Below are positions 49,201-60,200 of a DNA stretch of 64,000 nucleotides, one piece after another (within the stretch, counting starts at the first letter, position 1; every line of letters begins with the position of its first letter). This DNA is from Eutreptiella sp. 'Long Island Sound 2002' (taxonomy: Eukaryota; Protista; Euglenida). The DNA lies in contig OZ038378.1 of NCBI GenBank assembly GCA_964036045.1, positions 32,798,001 through 32,862,000 on the forward strand, given 5' to 3'. Position numbers and translations under genes: made by a program. Under the pieces are notes generated by a model. That model was not told the origin of the DNA, searched no databases, and was given only the letters and a program-made list of their open reading frames with translations.

Positions 49201-49474
49201 GCAAGGTCAAATTCTACAAGTCACAAGAACCCCCAAAGGACAAATAGCCGTGCAGGGCCTTTCTAGTCTCAAACGCGTTTTGCCTTGCGGGACACCACAA
49301 TTCCCTTGATGTTGTGCCAAGCCTGTAAGAGCCTTCTACCATTGCACGACCTACAGCGAGGATGGGGCCCGCTTGCCCAACGGCGTCTTCAACTCCGAAA
49401 GGACCCCCGGACACTTCATAAAAGATGAGGGCCATAAGGGCGGGCCACGCAACGCTCTTCTTCTTCTTGGACAT
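18989..49474 (-). CDS. APC-superfamily polyamine transporter (PUT/RMV1/LAT- and POT1-like), six exons recovered, 3' end missing
   Basis: Spliced translation [111 protein letters not shown]...[27 protein letters not shown]...WSDGYFTKVAG...[29 protein letters not shown]. These match hallmark motifs of plant PUT-type permeases. All five internal introns are GT-AG with matching phases. Confidence 0.92.
21531..22289 (-). pseudogene. TE-derived ORF: NUMOD1-like HTH + two PHD-like fingers + TTF-type zinc finger, one in-frame TAG at 21807-21809
   Basis: [24 protein letters not shown]...NGREF; [26 protein letters not shown]; [26 protein letters not shown]; [26 protein letters not shown]. The two listed ORFs share one frame. 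Confidence 0.65.
23880..25900 (-). pseudogene. Degenerate hAT-family transposase (ZNF862/C17orf113-like); segment ~25000-25410 lies on the + strand
   Basis: LLDGSDRQ..., [17 protein letters not shown] on +; LQMVPTR and [13 protein letters not shown]...[14 protein letters not shown] (dimerisation-like) on -. Many stops and frameshifts. Confidence 0.7.
27698..29562 (+). pseudogene. RAG1/Transib-like DDE transposase, two exons (intron 28440-28590), frameshifted
   Basis: LLVRGDVYP (D1); [12 protein letters not shown] (D2, cf. RAG1 GYDEKLVREVEG); LCILNCCM (cf. DALHCDIG); [10 protein letters not shown] (cf. MNGNFARKLM); SNYL...[19 protein letters not shown] (cf. TNYF...GAWASEGNESGNKLFRR; the catalytic E position is H here). 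AT-rich phase-0 GT-AG intron. Confidence 0.65.
29576..31504 (+). pseudogene. Second gene of element 1, three exons (introns 29736-29934 and 30312-30547), Pro-rich with a small Tudor/SH3-like barrel candidate
   Basis: Donors ATG|GTATGC and GAG|GTATGT; acceptors gtttttag| and cccag|; AT-rich introns. Exon 3 is in frame with ORF 30731-31504 across two TAG stops. [32 protein letters not shown]. Start is either 29576 or 29658. Confidence 0.55.
34443..36062 (-). CDS. RAG1/Transib-like DDE transposase (element 2), ~540 aa, interrupted only by two homopolymer frameshifts (~35248, ~34590)
   Basis: [11 protein letters not shown] (D1), [10 protein letters not shown] (D2, cf. Transib TMVDGK), [17 protein letters not shown] (HxxxxH as in RAG1 FHKTLAH), [15 protein letters not shown] (E). 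Confidence 0.7.
36100..36260. repeat. (TGATC)AGGAACCCC motif cluster 1
   Basis: Multiple ggaacccc, gatcagg and gacttctc motifs. Confidence 0.7.
36644..37907 (-). pseudogene. Degenerate, probably spliced ORF: Cys/His-containing beta-rich region, acidic/basic linker and coiled coil
   Basis: Acceptor cccctgtag| at 37908 is in frame with ORF 37383-37742 across TAG and TGA; [17 protein letters not shown]; [25 protein letters not shown]...[13 protein letters not shown]. Confidence 0.45.
37955..38135. repeat. (TGATC)AGGAACCCC motif cluster 2
   Basis: gtgatcaggaaccccatcaggaaccc...tctgatcaggaagccc. Confidence 0.7.
38695..40122 (-). pseudogene. 2OG-Fe(II) dioxygenase (PhyH-like DSBH) with C-terminal Cys-rich finger; frameshifted near 39000
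   Basis: QSYHRDT (HxD), [17 protein letters not shown]; in the next frame [16 protein letters not shown] (distal His reads Arg) and WRRVLF (2OG-binding Arg); then [30 protein letters not shown] ending at donor CAG|GTTAGT. Confidence 0.68.
40275..40430. repeat. (TGATC)AGGAACCCC motif cluster 3, right half inverted
   Basis: gagaacccctgtctgatcagg followed by gagaagtc/gagaaggtg/gaggggttc-type motifs, the reverse complement of cluster 1 motifs. Confidence 0.65.
41280..41900 (-). pseudogene. Degenerate non-LTR retrotransposon reverse-transcriptase fragment
   Basis: [16 protein letters not shown]...[10 protein letters not shown]...LTYLGH resemble RT motifs (QGxP, xVDD, YLG); many stops. Confidence 0.55.
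43278..43443. repeat. Four copies of a ~45-bp unit containing TTTTGTACTCGC
   Basis: Copies near 43289, 43337, 43385 and 43427, separated by A-runs. Confidence 0.75.
43789..43945 (-). CDS. Polyamine transporter exon 5
   Basis: Acceptor ctcag|; [13 protein letters not shown]...[11 protein letters not shown]...WSDG; 157 nt; donor GG|GTATGC. Confidence 0.92.
44241..46137. mobile_element. 1.9-kb segment bounded by ~97-bp inverted repeats (candidate TIR element or inversion scar) in intron 4
   Basis: 44241-44337 is the near-perfect reverse complement of 46041-46137. No TSD seen; the internal ORF is unassignable. Confidence 0.5.
47644..47890 (-). CDS. Polyamine transporter exon 4
   Basis: Acceptor tttgcgcag|; YLGLDIVG and [18 protein letters not shown]; 247 nt. 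Confidence 0.92.
48170..48303 (-). CDS. Polyamine transporter exon 3
   Basis: Acceptor catttag|; [17 protein letters not shown]; 134 nt; donor CTG|GTCTGT. Confidence 0.9.
48925..49065 (-). CDS. Polyamine transporter exon 2
   Basis: Acceptor tttcgtttccag|; [16 protein letters not shown]; 141 nt, phase 1 to phase 1. Confidence 0.92.
49351..49474 (-). CDS. Polyamine transporter exon 1 (may extend to an acceptor at 49520)
   Basis: [14 protein letters not shown] motif; 41 codons + 1 nt; donor G|GTCGTG. Confidence 0.88.
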
Positions 49475-49490
49475 TGTCGGTCCTGCCTCG

Positions 49491-49739
49491 GGGTTGCAAG
49501 CATCGGCTTCGGTGATGAAACTGTGGGTCACAACAATGGGATCCAAGCTTGTGCCTCCCAGCAACGAATGTTTGGATACATGCAAAGTAGCATTATGCCG
49601 TGTCAAGGGTCAACGGGGGTTGCAAGCATTGGGCGGTGATGAAACCGTGGGTCACAACAATGGGATCCAAGCTTGTGCCTCCCAGCAACGAATGTTTGGA
49701 TACATGCAAAGTAGCATTGTGCCATGTCAAGGGTCAACG
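49491..49739. repeat. ~125-bp tandem duplication immediately upstream of the transporter ATG
   Basis: 49491-49615 and 49617-49739 are nearly identical. Confidence 0.9.
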
Positions 49740-51734
49740 CTTGCTTGGTTGACATTGGCAAACACCAGCAACACGTTTAAGAAATCTAACAGATTCTTGG
49801 GAGAGTTGGCACCTATTCTGCTTGGCAATTCCAAACGGTTTACGAATCATTGATATGAGCCATCTCCATGCCATCGGAGTCGTGCAACATCCGCACCTAC
49901 CAAATAGGGAACGACTTTCCAACCTCGCCCAAAGTCCCCGCACCCCTTTCTTCCGAAAAAGGAAACACGCACCCACCAAAGAACCAAAGGGCGAAATTGA
50001 CGGGAGTATCAATAAAAGCTGCACACAAAAACAAGGGAATGTAGTCATAAGACTCTCCAAGACGGTCCTAGTTGTGGAAAAGAAAGTGGCGACAATCGAC
50101 ACTTTTTTGGAGTTGTCATTTCAAGTGGTGACGCGTTCCGTATTCTGCAACGAGCTCAAAGATAGGCGTGTGTTACAACAATTGCGCCAAATGGAAATGT
50201 ACCAGTTTAGGCACTAAAAAGTACTTACGATGGTTGAGCACATTCTTTTTAATGTTTTTTTTTATGTATTGGATTTTGCTATTATGCAGACTCTTCGGCG
50301 GGCAACGTTAGGCAAGCATACACAAAGCGGGGCTTGCACCCATAACACAACGAAGTGGACGAGTGAGAGTACACTTTGCAGTCAAAGCAGTTGCATGTTG
50401 TATCACCTCAGGGGCCCCAGGCCAGCAAAGTACAACAATCGAAGTAATCTGAAGGCTCTTCAATGAACGAGCATTCCAAACCTTATCGTTCAACTCATCC
50501 CATTTTCAACATGTGAAAAAGGATTCTGAAGATCACCCAATATTTTTGTGTTTGACTACCGTTTTCCATGAGAAAGTCGTGAACATGCTTCACCGAGCAA
50601 ATCATATTCCCACCTGGTCCCACACCCGGCCCTGCACCTGCGAAGCCCGCGGCCCAACGTAGGTGTTGAGCCACGAGTGCACGCGCTGCCTACACCGGGC
50701 ACTCCCAGAAGTGTTGAGCCGTTTCCGGGCCACTACCGCATAGCAGGCACGGCATGTGCATTTGCATGTTGCGGTGCTGCGCGTGCTCCGCCAATGGCAG
50801 CGTCATGGTAACCGTACCCTACTGTCTGCAGTGCGTGAGACCGCAAGGTGTCAGTTTGAAGAAAAGGACCTCCCCTTCAAGTCCTTTGCGAAGCACAAAT
50901 TGACTGAGCTCCCGAGGAGGGTAAAAGCCATGGAGTCACAGGAGAAAAGGGATACAGAGGGGAATATCCCTTTTTGCAAAGTGATGACTTGGTTTCTGCT
51001 TCAGTAGAGAAGTTGATTGTAAAGGGGGCCGCGGTGGCATAGCAACAATCTAACCCTCACATTTTGGACCTCCTACGTCGCAATGGGACCAAGGAGGCAC
51101 TGATGAGACAATTTGAAGAACTATATGGGCAAAGTAAGACATATTACATGTGGCTTTGCCCCCCTTGAGACCCCTTTTCTGGCCCTGTTATAGTTACCAG
51201 CTATGCTTTGAGGAGGATTTGAGGATTTGTGAAGGAGGAGCGCTTCACCCTCACGTAGGCCTCCCTCACATAGGCCCTTCTTGTGTGTTGGTTCCTTTGA
51301 AACAAGTCTCTAAGGTACTGAAAAACCGTCTCACCAACTTCAAGCACCGGTTTGTGGCCTGAAGAGTAGCTGGACCCGCAAGGGAAAGGAAGAGGAGGTG
51401 CTTGCTAACAATGTGATGCAAGCTCCATGCCATGGTTCAACAAGTATTCACTAGATGGGTCACCATATGGCAATCTCAAGCGCACAGCAGTGGCAAATTA
51501 TGAAGAACGGTGGGTGACCAGTGTAGTTTACCCGAACACAATAATACTGTTGTCTCTTCCCCGTCTATGTATGCCGAGTACGGGCCAATTCGTCGCAGCC
51601 TTCACGAACTGCAATAGAAACAATCCAACAACCTGGAAGGCTTCCTAATGCCCTTCCCAATTTTGAGTTGCCGGCTACTAAATTAAGCCTTGCGCTTACG
51701 ACAAATGGGAATGGCTGGGAATGGCTATGCAGGA

Positions 51735-51735
<1 letters not shown>

Positions 51736-51765
<30 letters not shown>

Positions 51766-54263
51766 TCTCTCTTATTATATTTAATTGTGCTATGGTTCGT
51801 CGTCGTCGTCGTCGTCGTCGTCGTTCGTCTTCCCCAAAAAATCCGCCCAATTGTGCACGCTGCTGCTGGCGCGCGCGCGTGCCTGTCAAATGGCATCTGG
51901 CTGATTTGCGATTTCGATTTCTGGCACGAGAAATCGATCTGAAATCATGGAATCATGTGTTTTGAAAATCTGTATGTACTGTACAATCGATTTTCCGGGT
52001 ATCTGCACGAAAAATCCCGCCTGTTGACTTTTGGCGATTTTAGCCAACAGGCAGCAGTGGCGCTCTCGCTTATAGAGTACGGGATATGAGGTTTGAGACA
52101 TGAGTCATGAGGTACGGGATACGAGGTACGGGATATGCGGTATGTTGTACACAGTGTGAGGCATGGGTGATGTGTTTGGAAATATGGAATATGCGAATCG
52201 CGGTGTCAAATGTGGTGTCAGAGTACAGCTTAGGAAGGGTATATTTCACTCATAGGGTACGGGATATGATGTTTGATAGAGTACGGGATATGAGGTTTGA
52301 GACATGAGTCATGAGGTACGGGATACGAGGTACGGGATATGCGGTATGTTGTACACAGTGTGAGGCATGGGTGATATGTTTGGAAATATGGATTATGCGA
52401 ATTGCGGTGTCAAATGTGGTGTCAGAGTACAGCATAGGAGGGGTAAGTTTCACTCATAGAGTACGGGATATGATGTTTGAGACATGAGTCATGTGGCACG
52501 GGATATGAGGTACGGGACATCAGGTGTGTTGTATTGCATATGCGAAATGCGGTGCGGTGTGAGATATGGTGCTATGGTGATATGGTGATATGGCCCGCGC
52601 TTCAAGCGCGGGCATTTGCACTAGTTAATATATTTAATTGTGGTAAGGTTCGTCGTCGTTCGTCATACACGAAAAATCCTCCCAATTGTGCACGCTGCTG
52701 CTGGCGCGCGCGCGTGCCCGTCAAATGGCATCTGGCGGATTTCGATTTCGATTTCTGGCACGAGAAATCGATCTGAAATCATGGAATCATGTGTTGTGGA
52801 CATCTGTATGTACTGTACAATCGATTATCCGGGTGTCTGCACGAATAATCCCGCCTGTTGACTTTTGGCGATTTTAGCCAACAGGCAGCAGTGGCGACAG
52901 TTCTCTCGCTTATAGAGTACGGGATATGAGGTTTGAGACATGAGTCATGAGGTACGGGATACGAGGTACGGGATATGCGGTTGTGGTAAGGTTCGTCGTC
53001 GTTCGTCATACACGAAAAATCCTCCCAATTGTGCACGCTGCTGCTGGCGCGCGCGCGTGCCCGTCAAATGGCATCTGGCGGATTTCGATTTCGATTTCTG
53101 GCACGAGAAATCGATCTGAAATCATGGAATCATGTGTTGTGGACATCTGTATGTACTGTACAATCGATTATCCGGGTGTCTGCACGAATAATCCCGCCTG
53201 TTGACTTTTGGCGATTTTAGCCAACAGGCAGCAGTGGCGACAGTTCTCTCGCTTATAGAGTACGGGATATGAGGTTTGAGACATGAGTCATGAGGTACGG
53301 GATACGAGGTACGGGATATGCGGTTTGTTGTACGCACTGTGAGGTATGGGTGATGTGTTTGGAAATATGGATTATGCGAATCGAGGTGTCAAATGTGGTG
53401 TCAGAGTACAGTTTAGGAGGGATAAATTTCACTCATAGAGTACGGGATATGATGTTTGAGACATGAGTCATGTGGCACGGGATATGAGGTACGGGACATG
53501 AGGTGTGTTGTATTGGGTATGCGAAATGCGGTGCGGTGTGAGATATGGTGCTATGGTGATATGGTGATATGGGGCGATTTTAGCCAACACGCAGCACTGG
53601 CGACAGTTCTCTCGCTTATGGAGTACGGGATATGAGGTTCGAGACATGAGTCATGAGGTACGGGATACGAGGTACGGGATATGCGGTATGTTGCACACAG
53701 TGTGAGGTATGGGTGATGTGTTTGGAAATATGGATTATGCGAATCGCGGTGTCCAATGTGGTGTGAGACATGAGGTGTGTTGTATTGGGTATGCGAAATG
53801 CGGTGCGGTGTGAGATATGGTGCTATGGTGATATGGTGATATGGGGCGATTTTAGCCAACACGCAGCACTGGCGACAGTTCTCTCGCTTATGGAGTACGG
53901 GATATGAGGTTCGAGACATGAGTCATGAGGTACGGGATACGAGGTACGGGATATGCGGTATGTTGCACACAGTGTGAGGTATGGGTGATGTGTTTGGAAA
54001 TATGGATTATGCGAATCGCGGTGTCCAATGTGGTGTGACAGTACAGTTTATGAGGGGCAAATTTCACTCATAGAGTACAGGATATGATGTTTGTGACATG
54101 AGTCATTTCGCACGGGATATGAGGTACGCGACATGAGGTGTGTTGTATTGGGTATGCGAAATGCGGTGCGGTGTGAGATATGGTGCTATGGTGCTATGGT
54201 GATATGGCCCGCGCTTTAAGCGCGGGCATTCGCACTAGTTATTATATTTAATTGTGCTATGGT

Positions 54264-54294
<31 letters not shown>

Positions 54295-57200
54295 TCGTGT
54301 TCCCCAAAAAATCCGCCCAATTGTGCACGCTGCTGCTGGCGCGCGCGCGTGCCCGTCAAATGGCATCTGGCGGATTTGCGATTTCGATTTCTGGCACAAG
54401 AAATCGATCTGAAATCACGGAATCACGTGTTTTGAAAACCTGTATGTGCTGGACAATCGATGTTCCGGGTATCCACACGAATCATCCCGCCTGTTGACTT
54501 TTGGCGATTTTAGCCAACAGGCAGCAGTGGTGACAGTTCTCTCGCTTATACAGTACGGGATATGAGTGCTATGGTTCGTCGTTCGTCGTCGTTCGTCGTC
54601 GTCGTTCGTCGTCGTTCGTCATACCCAAAAAGCCCTCCCAATCGTGCACGCTGCTGCTGGCGCGCGCGCGTGCCCGTCAAATGGCATCTGGCGGATTTGC
54701 GATTTCGATTTCTGGCACGACAAATCGATCTGAAATCATGGAATCATGTGTTTTAAAAATGTGTATGTACTGTACAATCGATTATCCGGGTATCTGCACG
54801 AATAATCCCGCCTGTTGACTTTTGGCGATTTTAGGAAACAGGCAGCAGTGGCGACAGTTCTCTCGCCTATAGAGTACGGGATATGAGGTTTGAGACATGA
54901 GTCATGAGGTACGAGATACGAGGTACGGGATATGCGGTATGTTGTACACAGTGTGAGGCATGGGTGATGTGTTTGGAAATATGGATTATGCGAATGATGG
55001 TGTCAAATGTGGTGTCAGAGTACAGTTTAGGAGGAGTAAATTTCACTCATAGAGTACGGGATATGATGTTTGAGACATGAGTCAGATGGCACGGGATATG
55101 AGGTACGCGACATGAGGTGTGTCGTATTGGGTATGTGAAATGCGGTGCAGTGTGAGATATGGTGCTATGGTGATATGGTGATATGGCCCGCGCTTCAAGC
55201 GCGGGCATTCGCACTAGTTATTATATTTAATTGTGCTATGGTTCGTCGTCGTTTGTCGTCGTCGTCGTCGTCGTCGTTCGTCTTCCCCAAAAAATCCGCC
55301 CAATTGTGCACGCTGCTGCTGGCGCGCGCGCGTGCCCGTCAAATGGCATCTGGCGGATTTGCGATTTCGATTTCTGGCACGAGAAATCGATCTGAAATCA
55401 TGGAATCATGTGTTTTGTAAATCTGGATGTACTGTACAATCGATTATCCGAGTATCTGCACGAATCATCCCGCCTGTTGACTTTTGGCGATTTTAGCCAA
55501 CAGGCAGCACTGGCGACAGTTCTCTCGCTTATAGAGTACGGGATATGAGGTTTGAGACATGAGTCATGAGGTACGGGATACGAGGTACCGGATATGCGGT
55601 ATGTTGTACACAGTGTGAGGTATGGGTGATGTGTTTGGAAATATGGATTATGCGAATCGCGGTGTCAAATGTGCTGTCAGAGTACAGTTTAGGAGGGGTA
55701 AGCTTCACTCATAGAGTACGGGATATGATGTTTGAGACATGAGTCAGGTGGCACGGGATATGAGGTACGGGACATGGGGTGTGTTGTATTGAATATGTGA
55801 AATGCGGTGCGGTGTGAGATATGATGCTATGGTGATTTGGTGATATGGCCCGCCCTTCAAGCGCGGGTATTTAGCCAACAGGCAGCAGTGGCGACAGTTC
55901 TCTCGCTTATAGAGTACGGGATATGAGGTTTGAGACATGAGTCATGAGGTACGGGATACGAGGTACGGGATATGCGGTATGTTGTACACAGTGTGAGGTA
56001 TGGGTGATGTGTTTGGAAATATGGATTATGCGAATCGCGGTGTCAAATGTGCTGTCAGAGTACAGTTTAGGAGGGGTAAGCTTCACTCATAGAGTACGGG
56101 ATATGATGTTTGAGACATGAGTCAGGTGGCACGGGATATGAGGTACGGGACATGAGGTGTGTTGTATTGGGTATGTGAAATGCGGTGCGGTGTGAGATAT
56201 GGTGCTATGGTGATATTGTGATATGGCCCGCGCTTCAAGCGCGGGCATTCGCACTAGTTATTATATTTAATTGTGCTATGGACGTCGTTCGTCGTCGTCG
56301 TCGTCGTCGTTCGTCATACCCAAAAAATCCTCCCAATCGTGCACGCTGCTGCTGGCGCGCGCGCGTGCCCGTCAAATGGCTTCTGGCGGATTTGCGATTT
56401 CGATTTCTGGCACGAGAGATCGATCTGAAATCATGGATTCATGTGTTTCAAAAATCTGTATGTACTGAACAATCGATGTTCCGGGTATCTGCACGAATAA
56501 TCCCGCCTGTTGACTTTTGGCGATTGTAGCCAACAGGCAGCAGTGGCGCTCTCGCTTATAGAGTACGGGATATGAGGTTTGAGACATGAGTCATGAGGTA
56601 CGGGATACGAGGTACGGGATATGCGGTACGTTGTACACAGGGTGAGGCATGGGTGATGTGTTTGGAAATATGGATTGTGCGAATCGCGGTGTCAAATGTG
56701 GTGTCAGAGTACAGCTTAGGAGGGGTATATTTCACTCATAGAGTACGGGATATGATGTTTGATAAAGTACGGGATATGAGGTTTGAGACATGAGTCATGA
56801 GGTACGGGATACGAGGTACGGGATATGCGGTACGTTGTACACAGGGTGAGGCATGGGTGATGTGTTTGGAAATATGGATTGTGCGAATCGCGGTGTCAAA
56901 TGTGGTGTCAGAGTACAGCTTAGGAGGGGTATATTTCACTTATAGAGTACGGGATATGATGTTTGATAAAGTACGGGATATGAGGTTTGAGACATGAGTC
57001 ATGAGGTACGGGATACGAGGTACGGGATATGCGGTATGTTGTACACAGTGTGAGGTATGGGTGATGTGTTTGGAAATATGGATTATGCGAATTGCGGTGT
57101 CAAATGTGGTGTCAGAGTACAGTTTAGAAGGGGTAAATTTCACTCATAGAGTACGGGATATAATGTTTGAGACATAAGTCATGTGGCACGGGATATGAGG

Positions 57201-60200
57201 TTCGGGACATGAGATGTGTTGTATTGGGTATGTGAAATGCGGTGCAGTGTGAGATATGGTGCTATGGTGATACGGTGATACGGCCCGCGCTTCAAGCGCG
57301 GGCATTCGCACTAGTTATTATATTTAATTGTGCTATGGTTCGTTCGTCGTCGTCGTCGTCGTTCGTCATACCCAAAAAATCCTCCCAATTGTGCACGCTG
57401 CTGCTGGCGCGCGCGCGTGCCCGTCAAATGGCATCTGGCAGATTTGCGATTTCGATTTCTGGCACGAGAAATCGATCTGCAATCATGGAATCATGTGTTT
57501 TGAAAACCTGTATGTACTGTACAATCGATTATCCGGGTATCTGCACGAATCATCCCGCCTGTTGACTTTTGGCGATTTTAGCCAACAGGCAGCAGTGGCG
57601 CTCTCGCTTATAGAGTACGGGTTATGAGGTTTGAGACATGAGTCATGAGGTACGGGATACGAGGTACGGGATATGCGGTATGTTGTACACAGTGTGAGGC
57701 ATGGGTGATGTGTTTGGAAATATGGATTATGCGAATCGCGGTGTCAAATGTGGTGTCAGACTACAGTTTAGGAGGGGTAAATTTGACTCATAGAGTACGG
57801 GATATGATGTTTGAGACATGAGTCATGTGGCACGGGATATGAGGTACGGGACATGAGGTGTGTTGTATTGGGTATGTGAAATGCGGTGCAGTGTGAGATA
57901 TGGTGCTATGGTGATATGGTGATATGGCCATATCACCATATGGTGATATCGCACCAGTTAATATATTTAATTGTGGTATGGACGTTCGTTCGTTCGTTCG
58001 TTCGTTCGTTCGTCGTCGTCGTTCGTCATACCCAAAAAATCCTCCCAATTGTGCACGCTGCTGCTGGCGCGCGCGCGTGCCCGTCAAATGGCATCTGGCG
58101 GATTTGGGATTTCGATTTCGGGCACGACAAATCGATCTGAAATCATGGAATCACGTGTTTTAAAAATCTGTATGTACTGTACAATCGATTGTCCGAGTAT
58201 CTGCACGAATAATCCCGCCTTTTCACTTTTGGCAATTTTAGCCAACAGGCAGCAGTGGCGACAGTTCTCTCGCTTATAGAGTACGGGATATGAGGTTTGA
58301 GACATGAGTCATGAGGTACGGGATACGAGGTAGGGGATATGCGGTATGTTGTACACAGTGTGAGGTATGGGTGATGTGTTTGGAATTATGGATTATGGGA
58401 ATCGCGGTGTCAAATGTGGTGTCAGAGTACAGTTTAGGAGGGGTAAATTTCACTCTTGGAGTACGGGATATGATGTTTGAGACATGAGTCATTAGGAGGG
58501 GTAAATGTCACTCATAGAGTACAGTTCTCTCGCTTATAGAGTACGGGATATGAGGTTTGAGACATGAGTCATGAGGTACGGGATACCCGGTACGGGATAT
58601 GCGGTATGTTGTACACAGTGTGAGGTATGGGTGATGTGTTTGAAAATATGGATTATGCGAATCGCGGTGTCAAATGTGGTGTCAGAGTACATTTTAGGAG
58701 GGGTAAGTTTCACTCATAGAGTACGGGATATGATGTTTGAGACATGAGTCATGTGGCACGGGATATGAGGTACATGACATGAGGTGTGTTGTATTGGGTT
58801 TGCGAAATGCGGTGCAGTGTGAGATATGGTGCTATGGTGATACGGTGATATGGCCCGCGCTTCAAGCGCGGGCATTCGCACTAGTTATCTTATTATATTT
58901 AATTGTGCTATGGTTCGTCGTCGTCGTCGTCGTCGTTGTCGTCGTTCGTCATACCCAAAAAATTTAATTGTGGTAAGGTTCGTTCGTTGTCGTCGTTTGT
59001 CGTCGTCGTCGTTCGTCATACCCAAAAAATCCTCCCAATTGTGCACGCTGCTGCTGGAGCGCGCGCGTGCCCGTCAAATGGCATCTGGCGGATTTGCGAT
59101 TTCGATTTCTGACACGAGAAATCGATCTGAAATCATGGAATCATGTGTTTTAGAAATCTGTATGTACTGCACAATCGATTATCCGGGTATCTGCACAAAT
59201 AATCCCGCCTGTTGACTTTTGGCGATTTTAGCCAACAGGCAGCAGTGGCGCTCTCGCTTATAGAGTACGGGATATGAGGTTTGAGACATGAGTCATGAGG
59301 TACGGGATACGAGGTACGGGATATGCGGTATGTTGTACATAGTGTGAGGCATGGGTGATGTGTTTGGAAATATGGAATATGCGAATCGCGGTGTCAAATG
59401 TGGTGTCAGAGTACAGCTTAGGAGGGGTATATTTCACTCATAGAGTACGGGATATGATGTTTGATGGAGTCCGGGATATGAGGTTTGAGACATGAGTCAC
59501 GAGGTACGGGATACGAGGTACGGGATATGCGGTATGTTGTACACAGTGTGAGGTATGGGTGATGTGTTTGGAAATATGGATTATGCGAATTGCGGCGTCA
59601 AATGTGGTGTCAGAGTACAGTTTAGGAGGGGTAAATTTCACTCATAGAGTACGGGATATGATGTTTGAGACATGAGTCATGTGGCACGGCATATGAGGTA
59701 CGGGACATGAGGTGTGTTGTATTGGGTATGTGAAATGCGGTGCCGTGTGATATGGTGCTATGGTGATATGGTGATATGGCCCGCGCTTCAAGCGCGGGCA
59801 TTCGCACTAGTTATTATATTTAATTGTGCTATGGTTCGTTCGTTCGTTCGTTCGTTCGTCGTCGTTCGTCATACCCAAAAAATCCGCCCAATTGTGCACG
59901 CTGCTGCTGGCGCGCGCGCGTGCCCGTCAAATGGCATCTGGCGGATTTGCGATTTCGATTTCTGGCACCAGAAATCGATCTGAAATCATGGAATCACGTG
60001 TTTTAAAAGTCTGTATGTACTGTACAATCGATTATCCGGGTATCTGCACGAATAATCCCGCCTTTTCATTTTTGGCGATTTTAGCCAACAGGCAGCAGTG
60101 GCGACAGTTCTCTCGCTTATAGAGTACGGGATATGAAGTTTGAGACATGAGTCATGAGGTACGGGATACGAGGTACGGGATACGCGGTCTGTTGTACACA

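Noticed and set aside
50750-51650. Degenerate coding-like fragments upstream of the Helitron array
   Set aside because: Probably a transposase relic, but no diagnostic motif could be identified, so it was left unannotated.
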